Shown here: positions 25,732 through 38,436 of the stretch, piece by piece | Layout of the letters: each line of letters starts with the position of its first letter | How positions within the stretch are numbered: the stretch's first letter is position 1 | Assembly (NCBI GenBank): GCA_038087875.1 | Contig: CM075994.1 | Coordinates: 5,272,001-5,336,000, forward strand | DNA from: Malacoraja senta | Taxonomy: Eukaryota | DNA: 64,000 bases | Reading direction: 5' to 3' | The notes under the pieces: model-generated | What the model saw: the letters and a program-made list of their open reading frames with translations, nothing else | The model's database searches: none | Told to the model about the DNA's origin: nothing | Position numbers and translations under genes: made by a program

Positions 25732-25864
25732 CTATAAGTTAAATGCATTATTATACGGAACACACGAACAATATCACGCATTTAGATCTATAGTTCCATA
25801 ATTTCGTATGATAAATGTTTTGTTTTACCAACAAATCTACAAAATACACCTTTGTCCACTTTAC

Positions 25865-25891
25865 CAGAATCATCCAATGATCGCATGGTAT
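25865..25891 (-). CDS. Micro-exon candidate, 27 nt, phase 1-1 (xTMRSLDDS)
   Basis: Acceptor tttatcccctacccataag, donor CTG|gtaaag. Confidence 0.5.
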
Positions 25892-26734
25892 CTTATGGGT
25901 AGGGGATAAACGTTTGAGAAAGGTAGATGAGATATTAACTGTATTGCGCTTTCTTTGATGACTAATGAATGTCTCCTATACCGGCAAACTTTGTGAGACC
26001 GAAGATCGATGGTGGCTTGAGGGCAGGCGGAGGAAATATGCGAAATAATCTACTTGGGGAGAAACAATATGTAACGATGTTTAATGGGCACGATTTACAA
26101 TAATTTTGCATTCTAATAATGTCTTGTTTCCTATCATTTAAAAGTGTGTCGCTGGTCCGATAATACCGAACGTTATATGTGACTTACGGAGATAAGTTAA
26201 GACAACACATTCAGCCCTTTTCAATGTCTTGAATTGAGTCACACGATTACTATCATAACTATCCGTGCACTAGATTCAACATTAAATCATCTAGAGTATT
26301 TAGCATTTGCATTGTAAATTGAATTTGTTTTTGTTGTCTAATATTTCTGCAATTTTATTTCTGGAAATAATCTATCCCTACTTTCATCTTAGGTTAGTTT
26401 AAATAACAGTAATTCTATAAATCGCCATACGCATATAATATATCATGTAACGAGAGAATCCCTAAAAAGAACGGAAAATATAACTTTTATAAAACCCGCG
26501 ACTATCTCTAATTCCAAGATACTATTTAGATTATTGAAAATACATGTGGTCTTCGCACTATCTGAGCAATGCTAGAATTGATATCGAGGGAACACAGCAA
26601 TGCGAGAATTGATATCGAGGGAAGTTCGTGTTTCGAATGTTTTCCAAATAATTGCGACCTTGTGAACAAATAAATTGTTTATACATCAAAACATTCTAAA
26701 ATAGTTTCCACATAAATATTTGCAAACTGTTTAC

Positions 26735-26761
26735 CTGTGGATATGTTCGACCATTCCGATT
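26735..26761 (-). CDS. Micro-exon candidate, 27 nt, phase 1-1 (xSEWSNIST)
   Basis: Acceptor cacgtttccttgtag, donor CAG|gtaaac. Confidence 0.62.
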
Positions 26762-27434
26762 CTACAAGGAAACGTGGCTATTTCGTTTTTAAAGGAAATG
26801 TTTGTTAAATAATCCAAAACAATGATAATGTTGTGAGGAATCGGTTAAAGTTATAGCGCGGTAACAGGCCCTTTGGCCTAGCTTGCACATGCCGAGCAAC
26901 ATGCCCAACTACACTAGACCCACCTGCCTGTGTTTAACGCATATCCCTGTAAACCTAACTTAACCATGTACTTGTCCAAATGTATTTTACATCGTTCGTG
27001 TTAGTATGGATAAAATAGTTCATTTCTTAATTCTGGTGAAATATGAAAATATTACCGACGAAAGTAACTTTTTGTGTCACACTTGATAAAGTTATCGTCG
27101 GAACCACGATATACTAGACTAAAAAGATACGCTCTATATATATTAAAGATGGTTTTGGTCGATTTAGAGGAAATCTCTGCTCTCCTTCGTCTTTTGTATT
27201 TCTTAATATCGTTCCGCGGTCTCAAGTGGAAAATTCACGTTACTAACATGAATTATCCTTTGCAATGTTTAAATCAATTTAGCTTCATTAAAAACAAATC
27301 GGAGAAAGTTACTTTTGACTGCCACTCAGAGTTGAATAAAGTCCTGCCCGATATTCGCTGTTCAAGTGAAACCAATATTATAGTTTTCGCTGGACGTCTG
27401 CTGTATAATATTCAGGTGATATCTGAGACACTGC

Positions 27435-27929
27435 AACATCTAACGGGTACCCGTAAAAGGGACCACATCACCCCGATTCTGGACTCTCTCCAGTGGCTCC
27501 CAGTACAGTACAGAATCAACTTCAAGCACCTCTTATACGTATATAAAGCCCTTAACGGGCTTGCCCCGCTCTATGTGGGGCTACTGACTATCCCGCGGTC
27601 TAGGTTTAAGCTCAGGGTTGACAGTGCTTTTGCGATTGCAACACCTAGACTGTAAAAGAGCATCCCTCTAATCAGAAACGCCCCTTCCATCGACTTAGTG
27701 AAGTCGAGACTATAAACCCATGTCTATGCCCTAGCGTTTTTGAGCCCCCCTGAGGGGCGTTTTAAACAGTTTTAAACAGTTTTAAAACGGTTGTTGTATA
27801 TATTGCTATTGTGTGTGTACCATTGTATGTAGCACATTAATATATGCACTAATGTAAAGCACTTTGGTCAACGTGAGTTGTTTGCAAATGTGCTATACAA
27901 ATAAAATTGAGGCCTGACTGACGGACTGA
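27435..27929 (+). mobile_element. L2 LINE 3' fragment
   Basis: LTGTRKRDHITPILDSLQWLPVQYRINFK...YKALNGLAP; tail TGTAAAGCACTTTGG...GCTATACAAATAAA. Confidence 0.9.
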
Positions 27930-27938
27930 ACATCTTAC

Positions 27939-27965
27939 CAGAACGTCGTAAAATTGCTTCCGCAT
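27939..27965 (-). CDS. Micro-exon candidate, 27 nt, phase 1-1 (xAEAILRRS)
   Basis: Acceptor actcatccattcacag, donor CTG|gtaaga. Confidence 0.62.
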
Positions 27966-28397
27966 CTGTGAATGGATGAGTTAATAATGAGTATGTTCTT
28001 GAACGACGGAGAAGAATAGAAACATTTTCGGAAGGGTGAGCAAATACGCAGAGGAGGATATGGGTTCAAGGGCAAATGTTAAACAGGTAGACGAACAAAA
28101 GTTGTGGTCATGATTATGTCCAGAGCTTTTGGTGCACGCAGCGTTTCATAGTGATGTAGTCGGTAATCAAACTGTACCTCCAAATGTCACAATGCTCTTA
28201 CATCAACATCGATGTGTTTATGGCAGCCAAGTAATTTTATTCTGCATGCTGTAACTCGGACGTTACTCACGTGTGTCTGGGGACATGCAATAATTGCACG
28301 GACCAGTCTTAGGTCAGTGTAGAATGAATAATAACGGGTAACGGAAATGAAAAGACGGCGGGTGTGTCTGTGGTTAGGAAGACGACGTCCCACGTAC

Positions 28398-28412
28398 CTT
28401 CTTCCGGAGTCG
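28398..28412 (-). CDS. Micro-exon candidate, 15 nt, phase 1-1 (xTPEE)
   Basis: Acceptor gactttactttgcag, donor AAG|gtacgt. Confidence 0.55.
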
Positions 28413-28759
28413 CTGCAAAGTAAAGTCCAAACCAGCGCATAAATGAATTATCCGACACGTGCGTTACAGCAGTGAGGTCCGAAGTTCATACAGCTTAAGG
28501 ATGCTGGAATATCATTTTTCAGCTGATTGCGGGTTATTTTGTGATGACAGAGGTAACAGCAGTCGAATGTGACCACTTAAATCTCCAGCACATCCTGCAC
28601 TGGGCGGTAAATAAAAGCAACCAAGGAAGGTACCAGCAAGATCCTTGATATAGTAGAGATGCAAAAGGTGTTCAATGTTGGTAAACTTAATATAGTGTAC
28701 CGGTTAAACGCAAAAGGCAATGGCTAACAAAGGAAGTGGAGTGAGTCATTGCTGCACAC

Positions 28760-28900
28760 AAAAAAAACAGTCTGAAGAAGGGTCTCGTCCATAAACGTCA
28801 TCCATTCCATCTATCCAGAGATGCTGCCTGTCCCGCTGAATTACTCCAGCTTTTTGCGCCTATCTTCGGTTTAAATCAGCATCGGCAGTTCCTTCCATCA
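28760..28900 (+). mobile_element. Penelope-type pLTR fragment; similar pieces at about 9600-9750, 29820-30065, 30170-30365, 46100-46270, 62130-62325, 63860-64000
   Basis: CTGAAGAAGGGTCTCG..AAACGTCA..GATGCTGCCTGTCCCGCTGA..CAGCATCGGCAGTTCCTTCC, similar to the end of the Penelope copy at 40160-40258. Confidence 0.7.
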
Positions 28901-30851
28901 CAGAACAGCAGTTAACCTTTCTGGGTTTGTTGAAGATATATCACAGCAAACTTAGTCCCATATGGCATACACAGGACAGCATGTTCCGCGTTTTGCAGCA
29001 TACTTTACCGCATTAATAGCCCAAAGGAAACTGTTGTTCAAAAACAATATTCGCCATGGATTTTTAAACAGTTTGGTCACGAGATTTCATAGGAACTTGA
29101 GGGGCGCCTTTTTTTATATAGAAGAGCGTGGGTATATAGAACGATCTTCCACGGAAGATAGTTGGGGCAGGTAATTAATAAACTTTTCAATGATATTTAC
29201 GACATGCACATAGGTAGAAAATATATTGAGGGATAGGGGACAAATCCGGCAGTTGGGACCAGTGTAGTTGAGTCATTTGTGGTCATGGGCCAGTTGTGCC
29301 GGAGTCTGTACGGTGACTCTATGACTGATTTGAGGATGTAGTTTCCCAATGCGGGAGAAATTGGTGGCCAAGTGCTTCTGAGCAACATAACTTTGGGATA
29401 TTAGATAAGATGCACACCAAAAAGAATCAGCAAGCTGGCACAATAACAAACAAAATTGCGCAAAGACGATATTGACGCACATATTAGAGGAGAATAAAGT
29501 AGCATGGGGGGGGGGGACATTATGTATTTGGGACTTCACCTCGAACAAGGCGCAAATGGTGTGAGGAAACACTGCAAACCAAACTGCGGACAAATCCGCC
29601 TGCTCTTGCAAGACGTTCATAGGGGTTGTTGAGCATAAATGTTTCGACTGTAATAAAGCTTGCCATGATTGATTGACCTGCCTGTGTGCTCTCTAGTTGC
29701 ACCTCCAAATAATCGCGGTCAGAATTATAATGAATTAAAAGTGACTGCCGCTGCTGGTTTATACCAACGATCGACCCAACAAGGTGGAACACTGCATTAT
29801 CTCAGAGGGTCAGACACCACCTCAGGAGAAAATGGATAGTGACGTTTCTTGTTTCCCTCTTGCGATCTCACTGTCCTTAACCAACAATTCGCCTATCGGA
29901 CCTACCTTGCCTGATGTCATATCTGGCCGGCCTTAATTTGTCATTGTCTTTTCCTGCTACCTGTTTCTCCACCTCTAATCATTCTGAACAATGGTCTCGA
30001 CCCGAAACGCTACCTATTCATCTCCTGATTTACCTACTTGGCGACTGCAGCATTTTGTGTCCATTTGCGGACAAAGATTATGAATCGTTACAGAATTATT
30101 GCACTGGCTTTCATCGAGGGACCTGTACCCGCTTGTAACATAAATTCGCATTACGATATGTTTAGTTAGCGTAGAAAGGAAATGTGGATGCTGGTTTACA
30201 TCGATGATAGACAGAACATGCTGGAGTAACTCAGCGGAACATGCAGAATCTCTAGATAGAAGGAATGGGGGATGTTTCGGGTCGAGTCTGAAGAAGGGTG
30301 ACCCATTCCTTCTCTCCAGAGATGCTGCTTATCCCTTTGAGTTACTTCAGCATCTTGTGTCTATTATAGATTTAGATGTTCAGAAGACGTTATTCCCGCT
30401 TCAAGCAACGGCTTAAGCAGAGGGACAGAAACAAAATGACTCAAAAACCACCGATAATCCAATCTGTCATAGTATATTATTTCAACAAGAGGTCCGTGAT
30501 CAGCAGTTAGCAAGAGCACATAATGAAGAGTCCAAAGCTTAATCAAATGCTGAACAAATCCCTGGAGAACCGTAACCGTTAACTCGCCACTGTCAAGCGA
30601 TCGAGACTGCAGTTTGGTATCCTGTTTAATTGTGTCAGTGTGTCGTGATGAGGTGGAGCATAAGCATTTGCGAGATTTAAAAAACCGTCTGTCAGCGTGC
30701 ATATTTGTAGTTGATATTTTGCTATCGAACAAAACGAACAGTAGGAAGTGACACAGAAACTTTGAAACAATTACCACGTTATAAAAACACTGCTTAATCA
30801 ATAATGGATGGAACATTTCAACTACCATTTCAACCAGAAACGAAATATTAT

Positions 30852-31163
30852 TTTAGATTTTAGAGATACAGCGTGGATAGACTCAATTCAGCCCACCGAA
30901 TCCATGGCGACCAGCGATCACCCGTGCACTAACATTACCTTACACACGAGGTGCATTTTATTTACAAAGTGAACGAAGCAAATTCACCTGAATAAAACTG
31001 TGCATCTTTGGTGTGTGCATGCAAAACGGAGAAGCCTGAGGAAACCCACGCGGTCCCAGGGAAAAGGGAGAACATTAGTAGAAACATCACCCGAAGTTAG
31101 GATCGAACCCGGGTGGCTAGAACTGTGAGGCAGTAACTCTACCGCTATGCCAGTGTGCCGCCT
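30852..31163 (-). mobile_element. tRNA-derived V-SINE (HE1-like)
   Basis: A/B-box head (GGCGGCACACTGGCATAGCGGTAGAG...GGGTTCGATCC), V-domain CGCGTGGGTTTCCTC, CR1-like tail. Confidence 0.8.
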
Positions 31164-31186
31164 TAATCCAACATGTAATCGCATAC

Positions 31187-31207
31187 CCCTTTTTAGTCTT
31201 CTTGGTA
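31187..31207 (-). CDS. Micro-exon candidate, 21 nt, phase 1-1 (xPRRLKR)
   Basis: Very strong acceptor tttatgtttctcctttgcag, donor GGG|gtatgc. Confidence 0.62.
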
Positions 31208-31394
31208 CTGCAAAGGAGAAACATAAAGTTTGAGTTAAAATTTATGTGAGTCATATAAACTATTTGAAATATATACAAACATTCGCACGTCTTGAGATGA
31301 TACCACCGTTTCACCGAGTACCCAAAACAAAATTATCATGTTCATGTGCTGTCTCCTATTATTAAGTAAATAGTGCAAACATTATGAATAGACG

Positions 31395-31660
31395 TTCTTT
31401 AGGGAACGAAATGGGAAGAAATGTCTTTATTCTGAGGGTGGTGAATCAGTGGAATTATGTGCCAGAAAAGGCTGTGGAGGCCAAGTCAGTTGATATATTT
31501 TCTGCACAGATAGATAGATTCTTGTTTAGTACATGTGTTGGAGGTTATGGGGAGAAGGCAGGAGAATGGGGTTCGGAGGGAGAGATAGCTGAGCCATGAT
31601 TGAATGACGGTAGGCTTGATGGGCGGAATGCCCTAATTCTACTCCTTTCGCTTATGACAT
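31395..31660 (+). mobile_element. CR1 3' fragment
   Basis: RVVNQWNYVPEKAVEA...GYGEKAGEW. Confidence 0.8.
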
Positions 31661-32259
31661 GCCCTTAAGATTAAACAGTTGACAATCGATTGTATACAAT
31701 AGGGACGGGATGATCCGCCTATCATCCTCATATATCCTTTCATTCTAACCGTTCAGTTGATAGGATCGTCGAGGAAAGAGATGATTTATCAGAAGCATCG
31801 ACATAGGAAAAATGCCAATTGAGTATAAAGTTGGCTTTACTCCTTGGAGGAAATTCATCATCAACTCAATTTGACCCGTTTAGAGATATGCGTTTGAACT
31901 GGTTCACCACACGTGAGTTTCAATACATTACAATACAGAAGCCATAAATGGCAGACAAAATAAGATGATAAAAAACTATATAGTGTAGATGCGTCAACAT
32001 ATCTGAGTCCTAATCATAACCACAGCAAACTGTATTTTCACATAATATCTTACTTCGGAGTCAGTTCGACCCCGATATATCCGCCTGCACCATGGGATTC
32101 TTGTTCAGTGTTAAGATGGACAGGTTCAAGGTAGCTTTCCTCATGGGATGCCCTGACTAATCGCCATAAACAGCAACACTGGATAAGCAAATCAACCAGA
32201 TGCATCGAAGCACTTCGCATCTTAATTCTCAGTATTATGGACAACAACTCTAAGCTAAT

Positions 32260-33310
32260 CATTCAGGATCATCCTGCGAGACCGCCGTCGGGCAGAGTTA
32301 TAGTTGTGGGGGATTCCATTGACCGGGGTGCGGACTGGAGGTTATGTGGCGGAAGGCCAGTCTCGAGGAAGGTCTGTTGCTTCCCTGATACCGGGGATCA
32401 ATATATCACGAACCGAATTCAGAACATCATCGAGAGGTAAGGTGCACAGCCGGCGGTAGTTATGCACGGAGGCACAACCGACATAAGAAAGAGGAGGAAG
32501 GAGGTATGCCACGCCAGTTAAGAGAGTTAAGAAGACTGAAAAGCAGGACTTCCAGGGATGTTATCCCTGGATTGCTTCCAGTACATCGTGCTAGTGAGGG
32601 CAGGAACGGTGAGGTAGGGAATTTGAATGTGTGGCAGGGGGCTGGTGCAGAGAGAATGGGTTTAGCTTTATAGACCTCTGGGGTCTCGTCTGGGATAGTG
32701 GTGACCTGTCCAAAAGGGTCATATTACATAACTGGAGGGGGACCAATGTCCTGGCAGACAGGTTTGCTAGGGATACACGTATGGGTTTAAACTAAATAGT
32801 GGGGCGGAGCGATTGACAAATTGGGAGCATAAAGATGCAGTTAAAGGGGAAACTCACGATGAATGGGAAGGAAAGTTCGAGAAGGGATAAGAGAGTACGG
32901 TCAATGCCAATAGGTAAAGGAGTGAGAAGGCGAATACCGGTCAAAGTGTTGTATATGAATGCGTGAATTATAAGAAATAAAATGGACGAGCTCAGTTAGA
33001 CATTGGCAAGGATGATGTTGTTGGAAATAAAGAGACGTATCAAGAGTGCCAATGATGGGAACTGAATATTCAAGGGTATATATCCTATCGAAAAGACAGG
33101 CAGATGAGCTAGGCGACGGGGTGGGGTGAAATTCAGTCCCTTGCAAGGGGTGCAATCAAAACAGGAGATGTGTAGTCAATATGGATAGATCTAAGGAATC
33201 TAAGACCCAAATGCGACATCCACAGGCCCACAAACAGTTGCCTGGATATAGGGTGCTTGTTCAATCAAGAGTTCAAATTGGCATGTCGTAAAGTTAATGC
33301 TACGATTGTT
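32260..33310 (+). mobile_element. Decayed CR1 ORF1 (SGNH esterase) and start of the ORF2 endonuclease
   Basis: VIVVGDSI...RKVCCFP, VVMHGGTTD, KCCI.MR...NKMDEL. Confidence 0.8.
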
Positions 33311-33781
33311 ACAAGCAGGGGCGCCGGGGAGATGGCAACCCTGCCGGCAATCTGTTTATCTTTTCACTCTTTCGTCCAAATAAGATGTTTTATATTTGTT
33401 TCCGAATGCTTTAATCTAAAAAAACTGAAAATTTCATTCAGTTCTCTTAATTTTTAAGAAAGTTATGGGCTTTTGACTGTCCTCGATCACAACTTTTGTG
33501 TTAATTCAATGGAAAAGCAATAAGGAACAATATGCTAATTTCCGAGTATGAAAATGGCCATCACTTTTTAATACTTAAGATATGAGTGAATTCTGTGTCA
33601 AATTAAAGTTATTTTTATGCTCTATCTGATGGGATAAATTACAGACTTGATTTTTAAAATCTCAAAATGTTGTAACATTCCTACTAAAATCCCACCTGCA
33701 CACATTCCATGCCATAAAAAAGCAGCAGCAGGACCGCGAGCCCTTTAGTCCAATTTTAAACACTCAATTTCCAATTCGTAC

Positions 33782-33808
33782 TTCCTCAGGAGATCACTTG
33801 AGGGTTCA
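33782..33808 (-). pseudogene. 27-nt micro-exon paralog with an in-frame TGA in phase 1 (xNPQVIS*G)
   Basis: Acceptor atgcaccctctag; donor flank AA|gtacgaattggaaattg nearly identical to that of 35015-35041. Confidence 0.4.
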
Positions 33809-34044
33809 CTAGAGGGTGCATTTATTTGCTACGTCTTTCTTTGTTGGAGTGTTGGCCTCTGGGAAATAGCACGTGTATTATACTGCCAGAGTTCAATCAA
33901 TACAATAAATTCAATAAATACACATTTACTCCCTATGACAAATTTGAGAGGAGTTACAGGTTGGTTCTGTGGATACCAAATATATCATCACCTTCTCGTG
34001 GATTTCATTGAATAAGCTGGCGTTGACTTGAATCCCGGTCGGTT

Positions 34045-34904
34045 GGTGCGCTGCAAGCCGGCAGCCCTGTCAGCAGCGTGTTAGTGTTTTCAATTTTTTT
34101 TGTTTTTTTAGCGTGTTTTAATGTATGTTTTTAATGTTTCTTTGTGCGTCTTATGTGTGGGGTGGTGTGGGGGTGTAAGTGGGAACCCGCTTCGGTCGCC
34201 TCCTCCACGGAGAGGCGAATTTTTTCCATGTCGTCTCCCCCGTGGCCTAACATCGAGAATCGAGCGGTCTTTCCCGGAGACGTGCGGACTTTCGTCGCGG
34301 AGCGGGCGAGCCCTCGCTGGGGCTCTCCGGAGGGGAGCGCTCCGTTTCACTGGCCCGCGGCAGCCTGAAGCTGGCGCGGCGTCCGCAGCCTGGGAATCCC
34401 TCGTTGGGGAATTGGGAGAAGAAGAAGTTCCATCGGCCGGCCCGCGGCCTACTTCTACCGCGGGCGCGCCGGCGACTTACCATCAGGAGTGGGGTCCCTC
34501 GCAGGAGAGCCCTGGAGGGGAGCTTCGACCGCCGGCCCTGCGGTCTGCGGTGCTTCTAGCTGCGGCGCGGCGGGAACTTTATATCTGCGACCGCCGGACT
34601 GCGGCCTACACCAACCTGAAGCCGCTGTCTCCGGTGGGGGAGGCACTGTTTCAGGACATACCTTGACTTTCACTCATCTGGATGCACGCAGCGGCGGCTG
34701 CGGAGGGTTGAGGTCACGACCACGGGGGAAAATGGAGGAGGAATGGCCAAATGTTGTGCCTTCCACCACAATGATGAATGCATTGGTGGATGTTTGTGTT
34801 AAATTGTGTTTGTGTATTGTGTGTTCTTTTTTATTGTACCGCTTTGCTGGCAAATTCATTTCACTTGCACTGATGTGAATAATAAAATCGATTGATGTTG
34901 ATTG
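34045..34904 (+). mobile_element. GC-rich non-autonomous retroposon with Rex-like 3' tail
   Basis: Layout as 6785-7643; ends AATAAAATCGATTGATGTTGATTG. Confidence 0.6.
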
Positions 34905-35014
34905 CTGTTGCTGTTGTTGTCTACTCGTTTGCCGGATTCGCACTGATTATTGAAATTCAAGTAAGCTTGGTTCTTGGTCGATGTAGCATGGGTTAAACAA
35001 TTTCCCATTCGTAC

Positions 35015-35041
35015 TTGCATTGATCCACTCTGGCGGAATCT
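35015..35041 (-). CDS. Micro-exon candidate, 27 nt, phase 1-1 (xIPPEWINA)
   Basis: Acceptor gcctggtttccaatag, donor CAA|gtacga; IPxE shared with 46630-46659. Confidence 0.55.
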
Positions 35042-35714
35042 CTATTGGAAACCAGGCAATACGCAATTTGGGAGAGGGCTTTGCATGGAAAGGTAACTAT
35101 AGTCAAGTCATCCTCACAAATTACCTTAAGTATAGCATTGACACTAATGATATCCAGGTCAGTTAGATGTTCATGTTCAGGATCCAGTTTCATGCATTGG
35201 CTTTATTAGTAAATATAAATTTTAGAGGGAGAGAATACTCCAAGTCCAATGTCATTATATTATTGATAATTGTTGGACAACTTATTTTGTCGATTTTCAA
35301 CAAAGAAGAACTGCAAACGTTCGCTTCGGTCCCATAATCAATTAAAAAGCTACATAAGAAAAGACCCAGGCACTCAACTGGAGAACACCAGGGCTAGTTT
35401 CATGAAAATGGATTGAAGATCCAATAATTAATTAACAACAATAGGAAGATATCCTTGCCTTTAAAACTCCACCAACAGCGCTCTATGTATCCAAAAATCA
35501 AGCCCATTCATAAATATGGCGCAGTCTATTCACGTCCATTCACAAATTGGCGAAAAGAGTGTGAAAGGAAACAACAGGGAAGGTCCAACAAAAGACCGAT
35601 ATCAACGGCACGCACCCTTCGTCTGACATACGATTGATTTCGTTTTGTGCAATAACTTAGTACAATAATTCAACTGAATGTCTTGCTCAGGAATATAGAG
35701 TCAGATCTGAAAAC

Positions 35715-36030
35715 TGTTTTAGTTTTGAGATACAACGCGGAAAGTGGCCATTGTGGCACACCGAGACCGCGCCGACCAGCGATTCCCGCTCATTAACACC
35801 ATCCTATCCCCACTAGGGTCATTTTGTAACATTTAGAAAGCCAATTAACCTACACACCTGTACATCTTTGGGGTGTGCGAGGAAACCGGAGATCTCGGAG
35901 GAATTCCATGCAGGCCACGGGGAGAAAGTACATACTCCGTAACAGACAGCACCCGTAGTCACGATCGAATCCGGGTCTCCGGCGCTGCATTCCATGTCAG
36001 GCAGCAAATCTGCAGCTGCGCCACCTTGCT
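35715..36030 (-). mobile_element. tRNA-derived V-SINE (HE1-like)
   Basis: tRNA head, V-domain GTTTGTACTTTCTCCCCGTGG...TCCGGTTTCCTCGCACACCCCAAAGA, CR1-like tail. Confidence 0.85.
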
Positions 36031-36315
36031 GCCACTGCCAAGCCGTGAGCATGAAATGCATAGGCCAAATTAAAAACCAAACACGTTTGGAAATTAGTTT
36101 TTTTTATGGAATGCTATTCCAGCGTGATGATTGTCCTACGAATGCCGCGGAATATTTTAAAGTAGTCTTTCCCCATAATGATATCTTGTCACGTTATACG
36201 ATTTTGAATTGAACGTTATAATCAATTATTTTGACCAATGCATTAAGCATTTCGCATCTTACTTATCAGAACAATGTTAACAAGTTGTCCAAAATATGGA
36301 TGCACTGTTACTTAC

Positions 36316-36342
36316 TTAAAACGTTGAATAGTCTCTGAAAAT
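36316..36342 (-). CDS. Micro-exon candidate, 27 nt, phase 1-1 (xFQRLFNVL)
   Basis: Acceptor tttaattatttttcag, donor TAA|gtaagt. Confidence 0.55.
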   Translation of the reverse strand: MFRDYSTF

Positions 36343-38436
36343 CTGAAAAATAATTAAACCGATTTTAAGTTTCCAAAACAAACTGTAAACATGTTATCCT
36401 TACTGTGACACAGAAGGAGGTTAATAACCATAAGGAGCCCAGGCCGCTTCCCATCACAGCCATTCCACCTGTCTCTCCCCCTTTTCATGATGTCTTGCAC
36501 CGATGCAGGTCATTCACCTCGCAAGCACATTCCCTTGCCAGTGATTTATTTGCTCCTTTCCCAGCACCACGGACTCATATACAGTTTTTGTCGGAATTAA
36601 CTGCAGATGCTGGTTTACACCAAGCATATACACACAATGCAGGAGTAATTCAGCGGAACAGGCAACATCTCTGCTGAGAAGGAATGGGTGACGTTTCGTG
36701 TCGGAAAAATCGTCTCGAACCGTAACGTTTTGGCGGATATAAGAACGGCAACCAAGTTTTATGAACTTATTTATTTCAGAAACAACTCCTTGATTTACAG
36801 GTCCTCACAAACACCAGGTCCTCACAAACACGTCTGACCACAACGGTGGTCAGCACACAACTGCGGCGCTAGAGCGAAACCGCGTGAAAAGAGCAGCCCC
36901 TCCCGTTTCACGTGACCGCGGCTTCCGAACGGCGGGTTCTATACCTGCGTGCGCCAGCAGCCGCCGCTACACGCCCCCCCCGCAGAATCCGCAGTACGGA
37001 AACGCACGGATAACCGGACGGTTCGACCGGAACGCGTAGTCCGAGGTCGCGGGAGGAGCGTAACAGTAGGGGCCGGCAAAACAGAACCGGAGGGGCGCGA
37101 CAAACGTGAACGAGGGACACGCGTAACGGAGGGTGCCGGTGAAACATAACCGGGGGTAACAGGTGCAGAGGGCTGCAAAACGGCCTGTGGACGCCTTCTA
37201 CGCCGAGGAGTGGCCACCGCCACCGGGCTATCCTCTTCACCGTAGGCTGGCTTAAGGCGGCTGACGGAGACGAACTCCTCCCTGCCACCCATGTCCAAAG
37301 TGACGTCGAGGTACCAGTCCTCAGCACCCTGCACGGACGTTCGTACACCGGCTGTAGCGGTAAGCGGTGAGCATCCCTACGAAGGAAAACATAAGCACAA
37401 TCCCGTAACATAGTAGGCACATGCACCGCGGACGACCCGTGTCGGGAAGTGGGAACCGGGACCAACACGCCCGCTCGCTAGCGAACGTCAGCTAGCACCG
37501 CCGAAGCCGGGACCTCCTGATCACGGGTGGCGGGGGGTAAAAATCCCAGGTACCCGCAAAGCCGAGCCATAAACCAGCTCGGCCGAGGAGGCGTTGAGGT
37601 ATTCCTAAGGCCTAGTTCTGATGCCTAGGAGAACCCAGGGCAACTGGTCAACCCAATCGGGGCCGGTGAGGCGGGCCTTCAACGCCGACGAGGTGTCTAT
37701 GGAAACCTCAACTAAACATTTCGACTCCGGATGATACGCAATGGTCTGGTGCAGCTTCGCGCCGTACAGCTGCGCTATACCACACCACATGGAGGACGTG
37801 AACTGGGTCCCACGGTCGGTAGTAATGTCTGAAGGGACCGCGAAACGAGCGATCCACTAGGACACAATGGCCCGTGCTCAAGCCTCAGCGGAGGTATCAG
37901 TTAACGGTATCGCCTCCGCCCACCAGCTGAACCTATCTACGATAGTTAGCAAGTGAGTAGAACCACGCAAACGCGCAAGGGATCCACCAGGTCGACATGG
38001 ATGTGCAGGAACCTGCCGTCTGGAACAGCGAAATCCTGCATAGGCTGACGCACATGCCTCTGCACCTTGGAAGTCTAGCAGGCGATACAAGAGCGGGCCC
38101 ATGCTGCGACTTGCTTTCGTAACCCGTGCCAGACGAACTTGGCCGCGACCAGGGCAGAGGTGGTGCGAATGGACGGGTGAGCCTGGTTGTGGGTGGTGTC
38201 GAAAATGTGACGACTCCAGGCAATCGGGACAACAGGGCGTGCTATCCCCGTCGAGACATCGCAAAGGACCCGCACGTCGGCGGCGCCGCAGGGCACCTCA
38301 GCCAATTTAAGGCCAGATTCAGCATTGCGGTAATCGCCCTGCCGGACTCAGCCCGTTGGGCTGCGGCCAGCTCCGCGTAATCCACACCTAGGCTTAAAGC
38401 GGAAACCTCAGGGGTTGCCGGACGGGACAGCGCGTC

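Noticed and set aside
27074..27655. 193-aa ORF as a host gene
   Set aside because: Its only recognisable part is the L2 C-terminus; the rest is chance read-through.
30686..30721. 36-nt candidate (xKYQLQICTLTD)
   Set aside because: Good acceptor and fitting length, but the donor ACG|gttttt is too weak; possibly a decayed exon.
33420..33690. Possible DNA-transposon terminal fragment
   Set aside because: No matching second terminus or TSD visible, so it cannot be classified.
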